DNA of 64,000 nucleotides from Rubripirellula sp. (lineage in GTDB: Bacteria > Planctomycetota > Planctomycetia > Pirellulales > Pirellulaceae): contig OZ244207.1 in assembly GCA_965216875.1 (NCBI GenBank), forward strand, positions 1,440,001 through 1,504,000, written 5' to 3'. The position numbers and the translations under genes are program-made. Positions 59,083 to 64,000 of this stretch are shown here, in pieces (position 1 is the stretch's first letter; each line of letters starts with the position of its first letter). Under the pieces are notes generated by a model. The model made no database searches and was not told the DNA's origin. It was given only the letters and a program-made list of their open reading frames with translations.

Positions 59083-60549
59083 TCAATCGGATTCGTTTTG
59101 GGAACGCGAGTTTGATGCCGATCGCTGGCCACCAACAACCATCTCAATGATCGGCCCAACCGATTCAGGATGCACGTAGCCGGCGAAGAGGTGTGTGTCG
59201 CCCGGGCCTGTCTCAAGCTGCTGGGTCTCGCGGTAGAGAACGAGCGTCACCCGCTTGCCTTGGTTCTCATTCAAGAACCTGAGTAACCTCGGACCAGAGA
59301 TCCCGAAGATACCGCGTTGCTTGCTGCGCGGGATTTCAAACCGTCCCAGCAGTACTCCGTCGTCAATGCTCGGCGCCTCGTCCCAGACGACGCCCGACTT
59401 CCATTGCTGAAGCTTTTCGTCGGCGATTCCGTAGATTCGAAAGTGGCAAGTTTCGGGCAGTCGCAGCGAGAATCCCGCTGTTCCAGGCACCAGGTTCACG
59501 CGGAAGCTTGCCGATTCGATCGGTGCGTCCTCGAAATCGGGAAGGTCAAAGGCGAGTAGCGAGTAGTGATCGAATCGTCCGCCCGGAGCCTTTCTGGCCG
59601 AGAGCATGTTCGACTTCAAAATATTTGAGTGCCATTTTCGGTGGCGGTTTTGATTCTTGAGAACCGACGAAAGGATGTCTGCTTGCAGCCGCACGCGTTG
59701 CTCACGATCGGACGCGCTTGGCACTCGGGTTGGAGATTCGTTTCGCTTGGCCGACCCTGCAAACAACGTGTCGTCTACGATCGTCGCGGCATCACGCTTT
59801 TTTGACAGTCGCAGTTCTTCGCCCGACCCTGGGTGATGAACCGAGATCTCGCCTTCGATCAACTCGAAATCTGATTTCTCTTTTTCAGCATCAACAAGGA
59901 CGGCAAACTTGGTGCCGTAGTCAACGGCATAGCCGTCCGGGGTTTCGATCACAAAGCCGATCGCAGAGTCGGGGACGTCGATCACTGCGGCACCGTGGTT
60001 GATTCGTCCGCGCATCGGATCAATCAGCTCGAGCTGCGCGGGCGCTTCAAGAGAAACCTTCACGCCAGACCGGAACAGGATTGTGGCGACGCCCGCTTTC
60101 AAGGTGAGCGTGCCGGCGGATAGTTCGGACCCGACCGCGGTTGGTAGAGCGCTTTCCCAGGCGGCATCTTCGCGTGAGAGGATCTTGGCGATGACCGGTT
60201 CGGATTCGCCATGCGGCGCCGCATTTCTGGAGACGATCCAAGTCATGCCAATCGCCACCAGGATTCCAGCGGCAAGTGCTGAAAACGCAGCCGCTAGCGC
60301 GGCACTCTTGCGTGTCAGCAGCGTGTTGGTCGCTGCAAGCGTTCGCGCTGCCGATAAATCAGAAACACTTTCGGCCACATCATCGGCGACGGCGACGGAA
60401 AGGAGGCCGTGCAAGGTCGCCTCGCGCGAGAAGAGCTTCCTTGCCTCTTTCGATTGACGCAGCAATTCGTTGAGTTCGTCCGATTCACTGTCGGAGATTT
60501 CGCCATCGCGCCAACGGCTAATCAAGTGTTCAAGGCGTTCGGTGTTCAA
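59083..60549 (-). CDS. FecR-family anti-sigma factor
   Basis: TM helix, WE.., GFVIETPDG.AVDYGTKFAV, EGEI; TTG start overlapping the sigma stop. Confidence 0.88.
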   Translation of the reverse strand: MNTERLEHLISRWRDGEISDSESDELNELLRQSKEARKLFSREATLHGLLSVAVADDVAESVSDLSAARTLAATNTLLTRKSAALAAAFSALAAGILVAIGMTWIVSRNAAPHGESEPVIAKILSREDAAWESALPTAVGSELSAGTLTLKAGVATILFRSGVKVSLEAPAQLELIDPMRGRINHGAAVIDVPDSAIGFVIETPDGYAVDYGTKFAVLVDAEKEKSDFELIEGEISVHHPGSGEELRLSKKRDAATIVDDTLFAGSAKRNESPTRVPSASDREQRVRLQADILSSVLKNQNRHRKWHSNILKSNMLSARKAPGGRFDHYSLLAFDLPDFEDAPIESASFRVNLVPGTAGFSLRLPETCHFRIYGIADEKLQQWKSGVVWDEAPSIDDGVLLGRFEIPRSKQRGIFGISGPRLLRFLNENQGKRVTLVLYRETQQLETGPGDTHLFAGYVHPESVGPIIEMVVGGQRSASNSRSQNESD

Positions 60550-61082
60550 GATGTCCTCCCCAACGATGTTTCCAAGCAATTGCGCAGTGCTTGCCGTGCG
60601 CGCGTGAGGGCAACACGCACGGCATTGACGCTCCATCCTACTTCACTTGCAATTTCCTCAGGCATCTTGGCCGTGTGGTAACGCAGTGAGATCATTTGTT
60701 TCGCTTTGGGTGCGAGCCGGTTGAGGCATCCGCGAAGGGCCGACACCTGCTCTTGAAATCCAGCAAAATCTTCTTCGATGTCGTCGGCCAACAGCTCCGC
60801 AACATCATCGGCCAATTGGAATCGTCGCCTACCGCGATCACGTTGGTAACTCAACGTTGTGTAACGCGCAACGGCAAAGGTCCAGGCCAGAAAGTTGGTG
60901 CCTTGCGTCCAAGTGCAAGCCTTCTGGCTCACCTTCAAGAAGGTTTCTTGAACGATTTCCTCGGCTTCGTTGATTCCCGGTTCAAGTGACAAGACATAGG
61001 CGAGCACCGCCTGGCGGTGTTCGACAAAGAGACGCTGGACTTGCAGCTTGTGATCGTCGAGTGTTTCTTGATCATCGACCAT
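60546..61082 (-). CDS. ECF sigma factor
   Basis: AEEIVQETF..GTNFLAW; LRY..EIA..VRVALTRARQAL. Confidence 0.93.
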   Translation of the reverse strand: MVDDQETLDDHKLQVQRLFVEHRQAVLAYVLSLEPGINEAEEIVQETFLKVSQKACTWTQGTNFLAWTFAVARYTTLSYQRDRGRRRFQLADDVAELLADDIEEDFAGFQEQVSALRGCLNRLAPKAKQMISLRYHTAKMPEEIASEVGWSVNAVRVALTRARQALRNCLETSLGRTS

Positions 61083-61085
61083 GAG

Positions 61086-61256
61086 TCAACCATCGTCTTC
61101 CGAACCAGCATCTTGTATCGATGCTTCGACCGCGGCTTTGAAGTCAGCGATTTCCTTTTCCGTTGCATCATCGAAGGCATGTTTAGGCTTGGGTTTGCCG
61201 CATCCCGCGCAAGCCATCAGCAGAGCGCAACATCCTATCGCAATCCAGTTTTTCAT
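61086..61256 (-). CDS. Small lipoprotein (56 aa, below ORF-track cutoff)
   Basis: Translated by hand: MKNWIAIGCCALLMACAGCGKPKPKHAFDDATEKEIADFKAAVEASIQDAGSEDDG; lipobox-like CAGC; follows a DUF1559 gene. Confidence 0.8.
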   Translation of the reverse strand: MKNWIAIGCCALLMACAGCGKPKPKHAFDDATEKEIADFKAAVEASIQDAGSEDDG

Positions 61257-61337
61257 TCTTGAATCTCAGTTTTGGGGTGATTCGTACCGGCACACGCGGG
61301 TGCAACGACACCCGCGTGCCCTTGAGTGCCGGCCGGT

Positions 61338-62513
61338 CTAGAGGGATTCTTGGATCGTTTCTTTGTTCGCCTTGGTGCCAAGGGAACCCCAAAGTCCATA
61401 CGGGCTTTGCCGACCAGGTGCCTGTAGCCCAGTGCCGCCCAGCCAAACCATGCCGGCCGTTGAATCGCCCGCCTCGATCGAATCGGTGATGAAGACCACT
61501 GCGCCGTCGCTCATCAAAATGTGGCAACCTCCCATATGGCGGCTCGAAGGCGGAACGACTTGGACCAGCCTCGTGTTGTTGTGACTGCACACGGTTTGGT
61601 TGGGGGGTAGGATCGTGTTCATGCCGGTGTACATCGCCGAATGGAATGCCCAGCGGTAGCCGCGTCCATCGGCAACGCCCTGCGTCGCTTGGCCAGGCAT
61701 CCAAAAAAGTGGACGTTCTGGATCAACCAGTGGCATGCAAAGTGATGGGTTATCCCGCAACTCCTCACGGCTGAATCCCGGACGCCGGGCGACGATGGTT
61801 CGTTTGTCGCGGTCGCCCAAGTCGGTCGCGATCTCGCCCATCATGATCGTGTTGGAAAGACCGTCGAGAATGTCCCGGAACTTGGTCTCGGTGTAAGTCA
61901 CAAACGCGCCGCGGCTTGCTGCGCGCGACTCGGGTTGGCGAGGAAACGGATGCGCGTTCACACGTCCGCCATTGGTCGGGCCATCGGCAAGGCGATCGCC
62001 CGAGTCAACGGTGCAAGCGGCGTAGTTGGTCCGCGCGAACGCCGGTAACCCCTGGCCTGGATCACTGGGGCAACGCAGCGTCGGAATCTCAGTGAGCCAA
62101 GGGCGATAGTCGGTGTTTTGAAGTGACGGGCCCATGGCGGGAAAGTCAATCGTGCCGTCGGAGTCAAAATCGTTCGGGTTGGAGACCTGTTCCCAAACCG
62201 CTTGTTGCTCATAGAAGGGCGATAGCGGAACCAGCATCGACAGCTGCAACATGTTGCCGTTGGGCGTGACGTTGAACGAGCGACGAAACGCCGTGTCGCT
62301 GGTGCCGCCGCCGTGCTGGGGAAGCTGTTTGTATGCCGAATGATAGTTGTGAATCGCCAACCCAAGTTGCTTGAAGTTGTTGCTGCAGCTCATCCGTCGC
62401 GCGGCTTCGCGTGCTGCCTGGACTGCTGGCAAGAGCAAGCCGACCAAAACTCCAATGATTGCGATCACCACGAGCAATTCGACCAGGGTGAATCCCTTTT
62501 GCGATTTCCTCAT
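61338..62513 (-). CDS. DUF1559 family prepilin-like protein
   Basis: KGFTLVELLVVIAIIGVLVGLLLPAVQAAREAARR, RCPSD, DGLSNT, SRHMGGCHILMSDGAV. Confidence 0.96.
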   Translation of the reverse strand: MRKSQKGFTLVELLVVIAIIGVLVGLLLPAVQAAREAARRMSCSNNFKQLGLAIHNYHSAYKQLPQHGGGTSDTAFRRSFNVTPNGNMLQLSMLVPLSPFYEQQAVWEQVSNPNDFDSDGTIDFPAMGPSLQNTDYRPWLTEIPTLRCPSDPGQGLPAFARTNYAACTVDSGDRLADGPTNGGRVNAHPFPRQPESRAASRGAFVTYTETKFRDILDGLSNTIMMGEIATDLGDRDKRTIVARRPGFSREELRDNPSLCMPLVDPERPLFWMPGQATQGVADGRGYRWAFHSAMYTGMNTILPPNQTVCSHNNTRLVQVVPPSSRHMGGCHILMSDGAVVFITDSIEAGDSTAGMVWLGGTGLQAPGRQSPYGLWGSLGTKANKETIQESL

Positions 62514-62788
62514 CAATGTGCCTTTTAGAATGCAGGAAAAGAAAAAACTCGGCCTACAAATCCAAAAAGGGGAGGGTGGCTTCGGTCCGCCATGGAACGT
62601 TTGCACACTCACCACGAGAATCACGAATCTGGTGGCCGCTGAGTGTTATTCCGCAGACACTTCGAGAATTAGCAACGACCTCGCGATTTTTTTGCCGCCG
62701 GCCCTGCGCTCGATTCACGATTTCGCGATTCACCGTTTCGCGACGTCGCTGCGTTTCGGCAGCGGCGTTCAGACGTCAAATGTGTGAC

Positions 62789-62995
62789 TCACTCCTCTTC
62801 AAAGACGATGATGTCACCCGGTTGGCACTCCAGGATTCGGCACAGTGCATCGAGCGTCGAAAAGCGAACCGCTTTCGCCTTGCCGGTCTTGAGAATGGAA
62901 AGGTTGGCCAGCGTGATGCCAACTTCGTCAGCCAATTCGGTCAACGAGATCTCGTTCTCTTTCATCACCTCGGCGAGGTTGATTTTGATGGTCAT
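62789..62995 (-). CDS. XRE/Cro-C1 family HTH regulator (YozG-like)
   Basis: SLTELADEVGITLANLSILKTGKAKAVRFSTL..LC..L.CQPGDI. Confidence 0.93.
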   Translation of the reverse strand: MTIKINLAEVMKENEISLTELADEVGITLANLSILKTGKAKAVRFSTLDALCRILECQPGDIIVFEEE

Positions 62996-63003
62996 CTGTG
63001 CCC

Positions 63004-63645
63004 CTATACCGTCAATGCCTGTTCTTCACGCAGGATCGCGCCGTGCCGAAAAACTTCCGACAGGACGATCACCGTGCAACCGACAATCAACAATCCCCAG
63101 CTGACTTCGATGCGACCGTTGAGATCGAATCCGGCTGGCTTGACCATCGTGTCGGCATACCCTGACATCGCCAGACGCCCGATCGATTCGAGAATCACGT
63201 AGGCCACAATCAAGCCGCCGATGATTCTTGCTCGCCGCGCGTTTTCGGCATCAAACGGATTCCCTTGATCGACGGTGCGGACAATGTCACGCAGCTGTTT
63301 GACGAAATAGAGGTTGGCCAGAAAGAAGGGAATCACGAGCAAGACTGAAATGACTTTGTGTCCCGCCTTCAATTGCCGGTCTCCCTCCTCGTTGGGCAGC
63401 AAGAGCTTGAGACGAACCGGATCCTCAAACTCAACCTTCAGCTCCGTTCCATGTCGGTCGACTGCCGACAGCGACTCGGTGCTCACGCCGCTCGCATAGC
63501 CGGTCATGGCAAAATCAACATCGGTCGGCTCGGCAGCCGCCAAAAAGACCAGGGTGGCAATCCCGCCAACGATCAGACCCCACCACCAAATCGCCAGAAA
63601 CCCCTTCAGCGCCAACAGCGATACAGGTTTTTCGGTCGTTTCCAT
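63004..63645 (-). CDS. DUF2975 family membrane protein
   Basis: Four TM segments, GNPF..EN, ends LSEVFRHGAILREEQALTV; adjacent to the YozG-like regulator. Confidence 0.88.
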   Translation of the reverse strand: METTEKPVSLLALKGFLAIWWWGLIVGGIATLVFLAAAEPTDVDFAMTGYASGVSTESLSAVDRHGTELKVEFEDPVRLKLLLPNEEGDRQLKAGHKVISVLLVIPFFLANLYFVKQLRDIVRTVDQGNPFDAENARRARIIGGLIVAYVILESIGRLAMSGYADTMVKPAGFDLNGRIEVSWGLLIVGCTVIVLSEVFRHGAILREEQALTV

Positions 63646-63675
63646 TAGTTGCTCCCGCGAATCACAAAAGTACGA

Positions 63676-63741
63676 TTTATCGTTTTTCAATAAACACCCT
63701 GTCGCCCAGGTGGTCAAGCTGAATTTATCGTTTTTCGATAA
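63676..63741. promoter_or_regulatory. Two palindromic operators for the XRE regulator
   Basis: TTTATCG-ttttt-CAATAAA (63676-63694) and TTATCG-ttttt-CGATAA (63725-63741). Confidence 0.7.
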
Positions 63742-63756
63742 TTTGTCTCTTGGTTC

Positions 63757-63811
63757 GTAGTCCCGCCTTTAGGCGGAAGAGCCAACAGAATCCGGCTAAA
63801 GCCGGTACTAC
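63757..63811. repeat. REP-like family B inverted pair
   Basis: GTAGTCCCGCCTTTAGGCGG...CCGGCTAAAGCCGGTACTAC; related inverted copy at 54196-54250. Confidence 0.8.
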
Positions 63812-64000
63812 GAACGATCCACATTGGCACGTTCGGCTCACGGGCGTGGATGCAGAGCCAGTGGCGACAATAAAAAGATCACAACCTAGAATCTTGCGCA
63901 TGCCACGTCGTTCTCCTCCAACAACCGATCCACGCTCTGGTCGTAGCGAGCAACAGGAAGCGTTTTTTGCGCGGATGGTGCCGGGCTCGTTCACGGCGCT

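Overview
GC-rich chromosomal segment whose gene content (DUF1559 proteins, DUF1501 and CxxCH cytochrome domains, many sulfatases, ECF sigma/FecR pairs, TAT-exported enzymes) points to a planctomycete of the Rhodopirellula/Pirellulaceae type (inference). It holds about 45 CDS: the 3' part of bioA plus a P450, four sulfatases, sialate O-acetylesterase, zwf, dnaB next to a divergent dnaA paralog, psd, two ECF/anti-sigma modules, an orphan chemoreceptor-like protein and others. There are five families of REP-like intergenic palindromes. No rRNA, tRNA, CRISPR array or transposase was recognised. The standout is a compact four-gene operon at about 34.6-41.7 kb (minus strand) that looks AT-richer than its flanks: a divergent D-2-hydroxyacid dehydrogenase, a tandem ribbon-helix-helix protein, a 1374-aa KaiC-like double ATPase fused to a solute-binding-protein-like C-terminus without a signal peptide, and a stand-alone CinA-N/COG1058 pyrophosphatase-like protein. 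The KaiC gene is bracketed by a 17-bp direct repeat. Other highlights are a promoter-to-terminator candidate sRNA/attenuator at about 9.55-9.66 kb and a duplicated ECF promoter motif at about 54.05-54.33 kb. All family assignments come from reading motifs by eye; no database searches were run.
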